Below are positions 25,485 through 33,146 of a stretch of 33,896 bases of DNA, piece by piece (positions within the stretch are counted from its first letter, which is position 1; every line of letters starts with the position of its first letter). The DNA comes from a virus (taxonomy: Duplodnaviria > Caudoviricetes). Position numbers and translations under genes: made by a program. The notes under the pieces are model-generated. The model was not told where the DNA came from. It searched no databases and was given only the letters and a program-made list of their open reading frames with translations. The DNA lies in the IMG/VR virus record IMGVR_UViG_3300030376_003660, positions 1 through 33,896 of that record; one strand, given 5' to 3'.

Positions 25485-25825
25485 CCGACCACCTCGTAAA
25501 GCCACGTTTTGTTTTTCTTCAGAGTGCGCGGCGTCTGGCTCGACTTGCGTATTCGCCCGGTTAGGCTCAGCGCGTGCAGATTGTTCGCCACCTTATGAAT
25601 CGACATGTCCAGCTTGATCGCTAAGTCTTCGGCGGTTGCTGCGCCTGTCATTCGCAAAGCCGTCATCACGGCAACGCCAGCCATCGTCATTCGGCGGTCT
25701 TTAGTTTCCTGATCGCACGGCAGCGTTGGCCGTCTGCCAAGCCTGACTTGCTCGCGTTCATATTCCAGCATCCCCGCCGCCGTTACGGTTTCGCCAGCCG
25801 CTTGCCATCTTGCCCATGTAATCAT
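25481..25825 (-). CDS. Winged-helix DNA-binding protein
   Basis: ATAEDLAIKLDMSIHKVANNLHALSLTGRI helix-turn-helix pattern. Confidence 0.7.
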   Translation of the reverse strand: MITWARWQAAGETVTAAGMLEYEREQVRLGRRPTLPCDQETKDRRMTMAGVAVMTALRMTGAATAEDLAIKLDMSIHKVANNLHALSLTGRIRKSSQTPRTLKKNKTWLYEVVG

Positions 25826-26184
25826 TTTGACTTTTCCTTTTGCAGTTCAAATTTACGTTCTATGATTTGCTCGCGCTGGCGTTCACTCCACCGAAGCAGT
25901 TGCGGCGCGTTCAAAATTTTTCTCCGATTAGCAAGCCCAGACAATTCCTCGTAATCCGTGATATCGGCAAGTGCAGAAGCAAACTGTTTTTCTGTTAATT
26001 CTGCGTAATCAAGAAACCTCTCTGGACAGTCACTCGCCAAAGACATGACATGCACATTCTTAGGAATGTGCATGATGTCTTTCTGGCTTGCTGAAAGTGA
26101 CCCCTGATGTCTTTGGCATGTCTTTGGCATGTCTTTGGGTTTACCTAAGTCGTTGTTTTTATTGTATTTGCCGTGGACACTCAT
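25822..26184 (-). CDS. Hypothetical protein; true start uncertain, probably near 26046-26073
   Basis: C-terminal ~75 aa looks protein-like and overlaps the next start; the 5' part runs through the iteron array. Confidence 0.55.
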   Translation of the reverse strand: MSVHGKYNKNNDLGKPKDMPKTCQRHQGSLSASQKDIMHIPKNVHVMSLASDCPERFLDYAELTEKQFASALADITDYEELSGLANRRKILNAPQLLRWSERQREQIIERKFELQKEKSK

Positions 26185-26259
26185 GTCTTCACCATGTCTT
26201 TGCCATGTCTTTCATCCGTGGACATCCCGAAGACACCATGTCTTTGGCGTGTCTTTGGC
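26036..26259. repeat. 11-bp iteron array with palindrome; putative replication origin
   Basis: ATGTCTTTGGC-like units in tandem at 26107-26139 (x3), 26183-26215 (x3), 26238-26259 (x2), a partial copy at 26075 and an inverted copy at 26036-26046; directly downstream of the primase-helicase. Confidence 0.8.
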
Positions 26260-26274
26260 CTATTTTCGGCGACC

Positions 26275-28044
26275 TCACACATACCTGATAATTCCCCCCG
26301 AATAGCTGATGATATTCTGGTCAATCAGGCGCTTAATATCGCGGTCAGCTTGGCGCTGGCTTTTGTCCAATTCGAGCGCTACGGCTTCCCTCAAGTCTTT
26401 CCGTTGAACCTCGCCGAAGTCATCCATTCGCTTGATCTGATCCAAGACCACGCCCTTGACATACTCTGGGTCTTTCTTGTCCAGCGGCTTGTCTTCGGTG
26501 TATTCCAGCACCAGCGAGTTAGTCTCATCGCCAGACGGGGTGACAAGCGGCACGCTTACCTTTAGAAACGTCATCGGCTCTGGTTCTTCTGCGTCTTTCA
26601 TTTTGGTCGGCGTGAGGATAATCTTAGTGTCTCCCCAGCCTTCCACTCTGTATTCGCAATCCATTCTGCCGCGCAGTCTGGTGCTACCTCTGGCTCTTTC
26701 GGTATGCTGATGCCCAACGTGCTGCACGATCATCACCGTGGCGTTAAATTCTTCGCGCAGCCTGTCGCACACATTGAGGTACAGCGAGATGTCTTCGCCT
26801 GACGAGTCATCCCCCATAATCGTCCTGTCTAGCGTGTCCAAAACGATCAGCTTGGGCTGGCCTATTTCCTTGGCCATTTCGCGCAATTCATCAAGCAGGG
26901 GTTCACCCTTGTCTTCATCATTCAGCAGAATGGTTGAATTGCTTTTGAAGAACGGCACGCCATCCAGATCGACGTCTTTTGCCGTCTTCCAAGCTGCCAC
27001 ACGCCTTGCATATCCTGCATGGCCTTCGCCAGCCACGAAGATGACCGGGCCGCTTGCCACGGCTCGACCGTGATAGTCTTGCCCCGTTGCTACACACAAC
27101 GCTATATCAAGCGTAACAAACGTCTTGCCGCTGCCAGACTTGCCGAACAGCATGCTCAGCGCGTCTTCTTCGATCATACCGTCAACCAGCCATTTCGGCG
27201 TTGTCATTTGCAACTGGTCAACTCTGGTAAACAACCCCGCCTGACGCTTAGCGCCTTGCAGACCATGCTTCACCGCGTTTGCCCCTAGCGTAAGCCACAC
27301 ATCGTTCCAATCTGCGTCACGCTGCGCTGGCGCTGCCCATCGCTGACCGCTTGCCTTTGCTGCCTTTATGCCGGGTTCGTCGTTATCGGCGGCAACCACA
27401 AGTTCAACCTCTGGAAAGGCTTCGGCAAGCGCTTCGCAAACCCGCGGCAAATTCCCCGCGTCCAGCGCAAACACTGCATTGCCGTCCATAGCCATTGCCA
27501 CGCTTGCAGCCGTTGCCCAGCCTTCCGCGACAAACACCTTGCCTTGCCCCAGCTTACCGCAAACGCCAAACGCGCCGTCCTTTGCTAAGCCCTTGCTAAA
27601 CCGCTTCTGCCCATCCGGGCTAATGCGTTGCTCGCCGACCCTTTCACGCTGTGCGTTAAACAGCGGCACAACCACGGTATCGCCGTCCAGCTTAGCGCCA
27701 AGCAGGTCAACACCTTTGCGCTCATGGTAAAGCTTTGGCGTATCTCCGAAGTCATCTTGATTGCTAGGCACTTCTTTTTGCAGTATCGGCACAACGTTGT
27801 CGGCTGGCCGCAGCACTGGCCAAACCCCATCATGCCGCATTTCGTCGGCCATTTCGCCGATGGTGCAGCCTTGGCGGCAGTGCGCTTTGACCAGCCCTTG
27901 ATATTCCTTGATCCAGAACCGATCTGTGCCGCCGCAGCTTGGGCAAGCGCCATGCCACTCGCCCTTACTGCTTTGCTTTAGATTATACTTGGTGATGATC
28001 TTATCTGACCATTCTGACCACCAAGTTTGCTCGAAGTCAGGCAT
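26275..28044 (-). CDS. Primase-helicase (Zn ribbon, TOPRIM, RepA-like AAA helicase)
   Basis: ACPSCGGTDRF Zn ribbon; VAEGWAT and AADND TOPRIM; GKSGSGKT Walker A; IVLDT Walker B; HVGH...RARGST; probable C-terminal winged helix. Start at MPDFEQ or 28068. Confidence 0.92.
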   Translation of the reverse strand: MPDFEQTWWSEWSDKIITKYNLKQSSKGEWHGACPSCGGTDRFWIKEYQGLVKAHCRQGCTIGEMADEMRHDGVWPVLRPADNVVPILQKEVPSNQDDFGDTPKLYHERKGVDLLGAKLDGDTVVVPLFNAQRERVGEQRISPDGQKRFSKGLAKDGAFGVCGKLGQGKVFVAEGWATAASVAMAMDGNAVFALDAGNLPRVCEALAEAFPEVELVVAADNDEPGIKAAKASGQRWAAPAQRDADWNDVWLTLGANAVKHGLQGAKRQAGLFTRVDQLQMTTPKWLVDGMIEEDALSMLFGKSGSGKTFVTLDIALCVATGQDYHGRAVASGPVIFVAGEGHAGYARRVAAWKTAKDVDLDGVPFFKSNSTILLNDEDKGEPLLDELREMAKEIGQPKLIVLDTLDRTIMGDDSSGEDISLYLNVCDRLREEFNATVMIVQHVGHQHTERARGSTRLRGRMDCEYRVEGWGDTKIILTPTKMKDAEEPEPMTFLKVSVPLVTPSGDETNSLVLEYTEDKPLDKKDPEYVKGVVLDQIKRMDDFGEVQRKDLREAVALELDKSQRQADRDIKRLIDQNIISYSGGIIRYV

Positions 28045-28294
28045 TGCTTGCCTTTGGAAAATTTGCATAAACCCAAGCTATCAGGTCGCCGTGTTCGTCG
28101 AACATTCTCCAATTCTCGGCGGCAGCAGATAGCGGATATAAGAAAAACTCCTCACGTCCGTTTAGCGCCCATTCTATATGCTGCACTAAAATGTAATCCC
28201 CAATTACCTCGACGATTTCCATTTGCAGTGCAGGTTTATCATCTTCAACTGATACGGCTAATTTGCCAACTAACTCTGACATTTTTTTCTCCAA
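28037..28294 (-). CDS. Hypothetical protein
   Basis: Fills the gap between SSB and primase; start may be the internal MSELV (GGAG RBS). Confidence 0.6.
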   Translation of the reverse strand: MEKKMSELVGKLAVSVEDDKPALQMEIVEVIGDYILVQHIEWALNGREEFFLYPLSAAAENWRMFDEHGDLIAWVYANFPKASNA

Positions 28295-28296
28295 TT

Positions 28297-28875
28297 CTAA
28301 AACGGTATCTCATCGTCAAACGCATCACTCGCCTTGCTTTCGGTTGACGGCAGACCAAAGGGGTCTTCGCTATCGCCGAATGGGTCAGCTTCTTCGCGTT
28401 CCTTAAGCTCTATCCATTTCACCTTTTCGGGGCGCAGCGTGACGCCTGACTTGCCGCCGAACTTCCACGGCCTGATGCCGACCATGACGTGTATCTTGCT
28501 GCCAGTCGTAAGCTGAAAATCGTCGGCGCAAAGCTGACCATCTTTGTCAAACTGCTTTGGCTTGCTTTTGGCCTCGCCGTAAGTCTTTTTGTTCATCTTG
28601 ACGATCCAGCAACCGCTTTCGTCTTGCTTGAACAAATCGCCTAGCCCGGTTGGCTTCCAAGCTGGCCAATCTTTGTCGGACTTGTCGTTAAACGCTTCAG
28701 TCATCTTCTTGGCAAGCTCCTTGGCTTGCGCTTCGGTAACGATAACGTTTAGCTCATACTTGCCGTCTGGATCAGTCGCCTCGGTCGGCATGCTTCGGTT
28801 TTGCGCAGCGTCAAACTTGTAAGCCCGATCTAGGCGTGGCCATAAAGCCTCTACGTTCATCAAGTTGTGGTTCAT
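28297..28875 (-). CDS. ssb: Single-stranded DNA-binding protein (T7 gp2.5-like)
   Basis: DGKYEL..., GSKIHV...PWKFGGKSGVTLR, acidic tail DDEIPF; RBS AAGGAG before ATG 28875. Confidence 0.8.
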   Translation of the reverse strand: MNHNLMNVEALWPRLDRAYKFDAAQNRSMPTEATDPDGKYELNVIVTEAQAKELAKKMTEAFNDKSDKDWPAWKPTGLGDLFKQDESGCWIVKMNKKTYGEAKSKPKQFDKDGQLCADDFQLTTGSKIHVMVGIRPWKFGGKSGVTLRPEKVKWIELKEREEADPFGDSEDPFGLPSTESKASDAFDDEIPF

Positions 28876-28888
28876 TTTCTTTCTCCTT

Positions 28889-29674
28889 TTATGCCCACGG
28901 GGGCAGTTCATCCACGACATGCACGGCTGGCCAACCTGTCGTGTAAGTTTGGGTTTCTTCGGCCTGTTTGATTTCGCTTAAGACGCGCTCGACGATTTCC
29001 ATATCGTGCTGCATCAGGTTTTCGCCCACCTCGACAATCGACGTTGCATAGGGCGGCTCTTTCTCAACATTGGCGAACAGGAAGCGCTCAGCTTTTAGTC
29101 CAGCCAGTTGTAACGTTCTGACGTACCAAGCTGCTTGTAGGCTGTACCCTAGCTGCGCCATCTGCCGCGTAAACTGGTACGGCTCTGCGCTCTGCGTGGT
29201 CTTGATGTCTACGATCAGCCCCTTGCTTTCGATGTACAGATCAGGTCGCGCCTTCATGCGCAGCTTTGTTTCGGGATGCTCTGCGAAAACAGACGCCTCA
29301 CAGATGCGCTCCTTGTGAGACAACAGCTTGTGGATATGCGGGTTGCCGTGCAGAGCGTTAACCATCAGCTCAACTTTTGCGAAATCGCCACTGGTCAGCG
29401 CCACGGTTTCCAGCAGTTCAGCCTCAGCTTTGGCGTCAGCCCAAGCATGCCCTCGGCGCGATTCCGGGCCTTCCACTGGCAGAACACCTTCCAGCGCCCA
29501 GCCATGCACGGCTGTGCCAAGGTCAAATGCGATGGACGACCTAAACGGTCTGTCAGCCGTTGCGTGCGCTGGGGTAGACTTGTACCAAGCTTTTGCAAAG
29601 CTACTGCTGTAACCTTCGCTGGCGTGATAGTCGGCGTTGTTGATGTCGTCATGTATTCCGAAGGGGTAGGTCAT
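28889..29674 (-). CDS. PD-(D/E)XK exonuclease, RecE/ExoVIII-like (DUF3799)
   Basis: NADYHA, GTAVH, KARPD, DIKTT, YSLQAAWY, VEKEPPY motifs. Confidence 0.9.
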   Translation of the reverse strand: MTYPFGIHDDINNADYHASEGYSSSFAKAWYKSTPAHATADRPFRSSIAFDLGTAVHGWALEGVLPVEGPESRRGHAWADAKAEAELLETVALTSGDFAKVELMVNALHGNPHIHKLLSHKERICEASVFAEHPETKLRMKARPDLYIESKGLIVDIKTTQSAEPYQFTRQMAQLGYSLQAAWYVRTLQLAGLKAERFLFANVEKEPPYATSIVEVGENLMQHDMEIVERVLSEIKQAEETQTYTTGWPAVHVVDELPPWA

Positions 29675-29910
29675 GCGCCTTGCTCCAATCCTTCGTCTAT
29701 TTTTTTGCGCATCTCCTCAGTGGCGGCGCGTATTTTCAGCAAGCTTTTCTGAGCAATGCCGTGGTAGCTGAGCAATTCGTCATCGGACGCAAAGTCCAAG
29801 TCAGCCAGTGTTCTTACGCCGTATAAAAACAGGCTTTTCTTCACTCGCTGCGGTACGTCTAGGTATTCGACTATGCTATTGCTGAGATATGTTTTCAGTG
29901 GCTTGCTCAA
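29671..29910 (-). CDS. RNA polymerase alpha-CTD-like helix-hairpin-helix protein
   Basis: LDVPQRVKKSLFLYGVRTLADL...DELLSYHGIAQKSLLKI parallels RpoA LELTVRSANCL...IGDL...ELLKTPNLGKKSLTEI; TTG start with GAGGTG RBS. Confidence 0.65.
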   Translation of the reverse strand: MSKPLKTYLSNSIVEYLDVPQRVKKSLFLYGVRTLADLDFASDDELLSYHGIAQKSLLKIRAATEEMRKKIDEGLEQGA

Positions 29911-30164
29911 AGTTTCACCTCTAATTCATCTATGCGTGCGGCTAGTCTGCGAAGCTGTGACCCCATGCCTTTTGCAATGTGGCCTGTGAACATCGGGCGT
30001 CTGTCTTTGGCGTCGATTGCATCGCCAGCTATCAGCGCGAAGGTCACGCCGTTCTTTGGATGATCGCAAAGCTCAAATGTTACATGCGCCACGATGAACT
30101 TCTCGCGCTCATATGTAGTTGTCTCAGGGTGGCGGCGCTTAGCCTTGACGCCGTGTGCGCTCAT
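29907..30164 (-). CDS. Hypothetical protein
   Basis: Start reassigned to MSAHGV (ATGA overlap). Confidence 0.7.
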   Translation of the reverse strand: MSAHGVKAKRRHPETTTYEREKFIVAHVTFELCDHPKNGVTFALIAGDAIDAKDRRPMFTGHIAKGMGSQLRRLAARIDELEVKL

Positions 30165-30316
30165 TGCTTGACCGCCCTGTCCAGCGCATCGCACAGCGCC
30201 ATGATTTCCTCGGCACGTTGCTGAAGCATCTGGTCTTTCGGATCACGCTTGGCGTCCATTCTTAAGATGTCTGCTTTGCGTCTGATTGACGTTATGAATT
30301 TCTCCGCTTCACTCAT
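30161..30316 (-). CDS. Hypothetical protein (51 aa)
   Basis: Not in the track. MSEAEKFITSIRRKADILRMDAKRDPKDQMLQQRAEEIMALCDALDRAVKQ; RBS GAGGAG; overlaps both neighbours. Confidence 0.75.
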   Translation of the reverse strand: MSEAEKFITSIRRKADILRMDAKRDPKDQMLQQRAEEIMALCDALDRAVKQ

Positions 30317-30536
30317 TGGTAAACTCCTCTGGTCTTGCCCTTGGTCTGATTGATTTGCTTGGAATGTCGCTGACCACGCATTGCGTCATCGTGCCGGGAA
30401 AGCTCGCGTCTATCGTTTCGTGAAAGGCGTGCATCGCAGCGCTGCAAGCGGCTTGGCTTGGGAACAACACCTTGCTTTGCAGTTCTTCACCATTCGCCGA
30501 ATAGGTCAGCACCATGATCGTGAACCACTCAAGCAT
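30309..30536 (-). CDS. Hypothetical protein with C-terminal SIRPRARP motif
   Basis: Start reassigned to MLEWFT; the SxRPxxRP motif is frequent in Rhodobacteraceae proteins (recalled). Confidence 0.7.
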   Translation of the reverse strand: MLEWFTIMVLTYSANGEELQSKVLFPSQAACSAAMHAFHETIDASFPGTMTQCVVSDIPSKSIRPRARPEEFTNE

Positions 30537-30687
30537 CAGGGTCATCCTCTTGGATATACCCAACGCCATCACAGTCTTCGCACTCCACATCCTCGCCGCA
30601 CGGCTCAAGGCCACGCCCGAAGCTGCGCCAAGTGATGTCCTCAAGAACGCCGTAGCCTTCACATGTTTTGCAGGGGTGGTTGGTCAT
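30529..30687 (-). CDS. Small zinc-finger protein (CxxCxGxG twice)
   Basis: CKTCEGYG...CEDCDGVG; ATGA overlap with the methyltransferase stop. Confidence 0.75.
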   Translation of the reverse strand: MTNHPCKTCEGYGVLEDITWRSFGRGLEPCGEDVECEDCDGVGYIQEDDPDA

Positions 30688-31925
30688 AGCTTGTCCACCA
30701 TCGCTATGCGCTCGCCGATCCAACGCATCACAGGCACGGCCATAGAGTTGCCCATCGCTTTGTAGCGTGGGCCGTCAGGGCAATCTTCTGGCGCTTTGTT
30801 GCGCCACGGGATTTTCGTGTAATCGTCGGGGAAGCCTTGCAAACGCTCACATTCACGCGGCGTCAGGCGGCGCACTTGCATGTTTGTTACAGTTTTCGTG
30901 TAATGCCCAGCGTTGCTATTACTACCAGCAGGTAAAGAAGACATAACACCAGTTTCGTGATGTAAGGTGTCTTGCTGGTGGCTACCGTATCTAATGGGGT
31001 TAAAAGCCACCGCATGACGATCAGCGCTCGTTAAATTTGGCGCTATGTTGTCCATCGGCTTGGTGGCATTACCGCCGTTTTCTGGCGCACGACCAATCCA
31101 ATTGCCGGGGATGCCGTAAGCCACCGCCGGGGTTTTGCTTTTGTCAAGCGTGGGCGTGACATGCTCTGACACGCTATCGCCCTGGCTTGCGCTGTTCTGT
31201 GCGCCGAAAACTATTGGTTTGGTTTCGTAATCAACTCCACCCATTCCGTAACTTGCGGTGATCGTGTTCACCGTTGTTTGTTCCGTCACAAAACTTTCGG
31301 TTAAAGGGTCGTATGCGCTTCCAGTGCGCGTTGTAAGGCATTGGGCAACTTCTTCCCGCGTTTCTCTGCTCGGCGCAGGATGCCCTGACAAGCTTTCGCG
31401 CTCAAAAAGAACCGCTGCGGCACGCTTCCAGTCTCCAGAGTGTCCGACAACGAACACACGGCGGCGGCGCTGTGCCACTCCGAAGTATTGAGCATCAAGC
31501 ACTCTGTAGGCGAACCCATAGCCGAGTTTGCCCAACGCCCCGATGAAGGTCCCAAAGTCCCGTCCTCTGTTGCTAGACAAGACGCCGGGGACGTTCTCCC
31601 AAACCAGCCAGCGGGGGCGATGCTGTGCAGCAATGGCAAGATAGGTGAGCATGAGATTTCCGCGTGGGTCATCAAGTCCTCTGCGAAGTCCCGCGACTGA
31701 GAAGCTTTGGCAGGGCGTTCCCCCCACAAGAAGCTCGATTGTTCTGTCATCTGGCCATTCCTTAAACTTAGTCATATCGCCGTAATTCGGCACTTCGGGG
31801 TAATGGTGTTCAAGCACCGCCGACGGAAACTTTTCTATTTCGGAAAACCATTGCGGCTCCCACCCAAGCGGATGCCAAGCAACCGTTGCGGCCTCTACGC
31901 CAGAGCAAACACTGCCGTACCGCAT
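30684..31925 (-). CDS. C5-cytosine DNA methyltransferase
   Basis: Motif I SVCSGVEA, IV GGTPCQSFS, VI WENVPG, VIII AQRRRRVF, IX RRLTPRECERLQGFP, X RYKAMGNS. Confidence 0.95.
   Translation of the reverse strand: MRYGSVCSGVEAATVAWHPLGWEPQWFSEIEKFPSAVLEHHYPEVPNYGDMTKFKEWPDDRTIELLVGGTPCQSFSVAGLRRGLDDPRGNLMLTYLAIAAQHRPRWLVWENVPGVLSSNRGRDFGTFIGALGKLGYGFAYRVLDAQYFGVAQRRRRVFVVGHSGDWKRAAAVLFERESLSGHPAPSRETREEVAQCLTTRTGSAYDPLTESFVTEQTTVNTITASYGMGGVDYETKPIVFGAQNSASQGDSVSEHVTPTLDKSKTPAVAYGIPGNWIGRAPENGGNATKPMDNIAPNLTSADRHAVAFNPIRYGSHQQDTLHHETGVMSSLPAGSNSNAGHYTKTVTNMQVRRLTPRECERLQGFPDDYTKIPWRNKAPEDCPDGPRYKAMGNSMAVPVMRWIGERIAMVDKL
31301..31750 (-). CDS. Nested alternative-frame ORF; candidate methyltransferase beta-subunit
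   Basis: 149 codons in the +1 frame inside the MTase; RBS AAGGA 8 nt before ATG; resembles the M.EcoHK31I beta polypeptide arrangement. Confidence 0.65.
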   Translation of the reverse strand: MTEQSSFLWGERPAKASQSRDFAEDLMTHAEISCSPILPLLHSIAPAGWFGRTSPASCLATEDGTLGPSSGRWANSAMGSPTECLMLNTSEWHSAAAVCSLSDTLETGSVPQRFFLSAKACQGILRRAEKRGKKLPNALQRALEAHTTL

Positions 31926-32353
31926 CAGCCAGCCCTCGCTGCGAGTATTTCACGCGCCAAGTAAGCAAAGCCGTCTGTGTCAGTTGTCAGCAAAACGTCA
32001 TCGTCGTGGTCGAGCGTGCCGCCAAGCGCAAAGCTAACGGTGTTCGCCTTAAGCACAACTCGCCACTCATAACGGTCGAACTTATAGAACAGCACAGGGA
32101 TCAGCCCATGCGCGGCGCTAGCCTTAACGACTTGCTGCCACCAAGCTGGGCGATGCGTAACGGACAAGCCGCTGTATGATTTAACCTCAACGCAAAACGG
32201 CCAGTCAGAGCCATCTTCGGCGAGTATCAGATCACCACGATCAGCTTGGCGGTACTGCTCGACATCGCGCTTCAGCTTTATGCCCAGCAATTCTTCGATC
32301 AGCTTTATGACCGCGTATTCGCCGCGCGTGCCTTTATCGCGTGAATTAACCAT
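31925..32353 (-). CDS. Holliday junction resolvase-like PD-(D/E)XK nuclease
   Basis: NSRDKG.RGE...GDL...VEVK...WWQQ...PVLFYKFDR. Confidence 0.85.
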   Translation of the reverse strand: MVNSRDKGTRGEYAVIKLIEELLGIKLKRDVEQYRQADRGDLILAEDGSDWPFCVEVKSYSGLSVTHRPAWWQQVVKASAAHGLIPVLFYKFDRYEWRVVLKANTVSFALGGTLDHDDDVLLTTDTDGFAYLAREILAARAG

Positions 32354-32567
32354 CGACCAGCACCGTAGATATGCTGTCAGACAGTTTAGCCCAATCGTGG
32401 ACCTTTACCTCTTTACCTGTGAGCTTTTCAATTTGAATAGCTGTAATAACTGAAGGCGAGGTTTCTCCGACTAAATAGCGGTGCAGCGTGGGTTGAGACA
32501 CACCTATCCGCTTCGCAAAAGCTGTCTGGCTGACATCCTTTGCGATCAAATACTCAAAAAGTTGCAT
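32346..32567 (-). CDS. cro: Cro-like HTH regulator
   Basis: SQTAFAKRIGVSQPTLHRYL XRE-type HTH, divergent from cI; start at MQLFEY because ATG 32600 lies in the -10 element. Confidence 0.85.
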   Translation of the reverse strand: MQLFEYLIAKDVSQTAFAKRIGVSQPTLHRYLVGETSPSVITAIQIEKLTGKEVKVHDWAKLSDSISTVLVDG

Positions 32568-32595
32568 TGATCTGCCTGTTTTTAGTTGTTCGACC

Positions 32596-32624
32596 TTCAT
32601 AATCGAATAAAATAGTTAGGTCAA
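32596..32624 (-). promoter_or_regulatory. Early lytic promoter (cro)
   Basis: TTGACC-N17-TATGAA. Confidence 0.65.
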
Positions 32625-32674
32625 GATAAAAATAACTAAAAACAACTAAGCGAATACTGCTAGTTATAATTTAG

Positions 32675-32703
32675 TTGACTTATTCATTTTTGAAGGGTAA
32701 AAG
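32675..32703 (+). promoter_or_regulatory. Divergent promoter toward cI
   Basis: TTGACT-N17-TAAAAG. Confidence 0.5.
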
Positions 32704-32723
32704 ACGAATAACGGGAGATAATT

Positions 32724-33146
32724 ATGTTGAGAATGGATTACATGCCAAACTGGTTAGAAGCGGTGGACGCTACATCGCTTTACACATGGCGCGGCCTTTG
32801 CCTGACGTCCTTCAGCCAGTTTTTCCGAATTAGGGATAGAGCATTTACTTTAGTATCTCATGGCGGTTGCGCTTGTTGCGCTCAAGATTGGGCTGACCCG
32901 CCCCAAGCACCACCCGCTGATTACCCCAGCGAAGAACAGTTGGGCGGCGCTTTTAGCTTTTCTTGGATCATTGCTAAAAAACTAGACAAGCAGATCAAGA
33001 ATGATAGACCGCCCTATAATAGAATTATAGAGAATCCAGACTGCTCTTACAGCTACCAAACTAGGGCTGAGCCAGATTGCGGATTTTCGGGAGACAAGGG
33101 TAAACCACAATGCACACACGCATTAAACCATTACGTCAAAAATTAG
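32724..33146 (+). CDS. Possible ORF upstream of cI (doubtful)
   Basis: RBS GGAG and ATG behind a promoter; 140 codons open but no recognisable motif; overlaps cI by 37 nt. Confidence 0.3.
   Translation: MLRMDYMPNWLEAVDATSLYTWRGLCLTSFSQFFRIRDRAFTLVSHGGCACCAQDWADPPQAPPADYPSEEQLGGAFSFSWIIAKKLDKQIKNDRPPYNRIIENPDCSYSYQTRAEPDCGFSGDKGKPQCTHALNHYVKN

Noticed and set aside
26036-26259. 11-bp repeats as a mini-CRISPR or coding repeat
   Set aside because: Units are directly tandem without unique spacers, and an 11-bp period does not preserve a reading frame.
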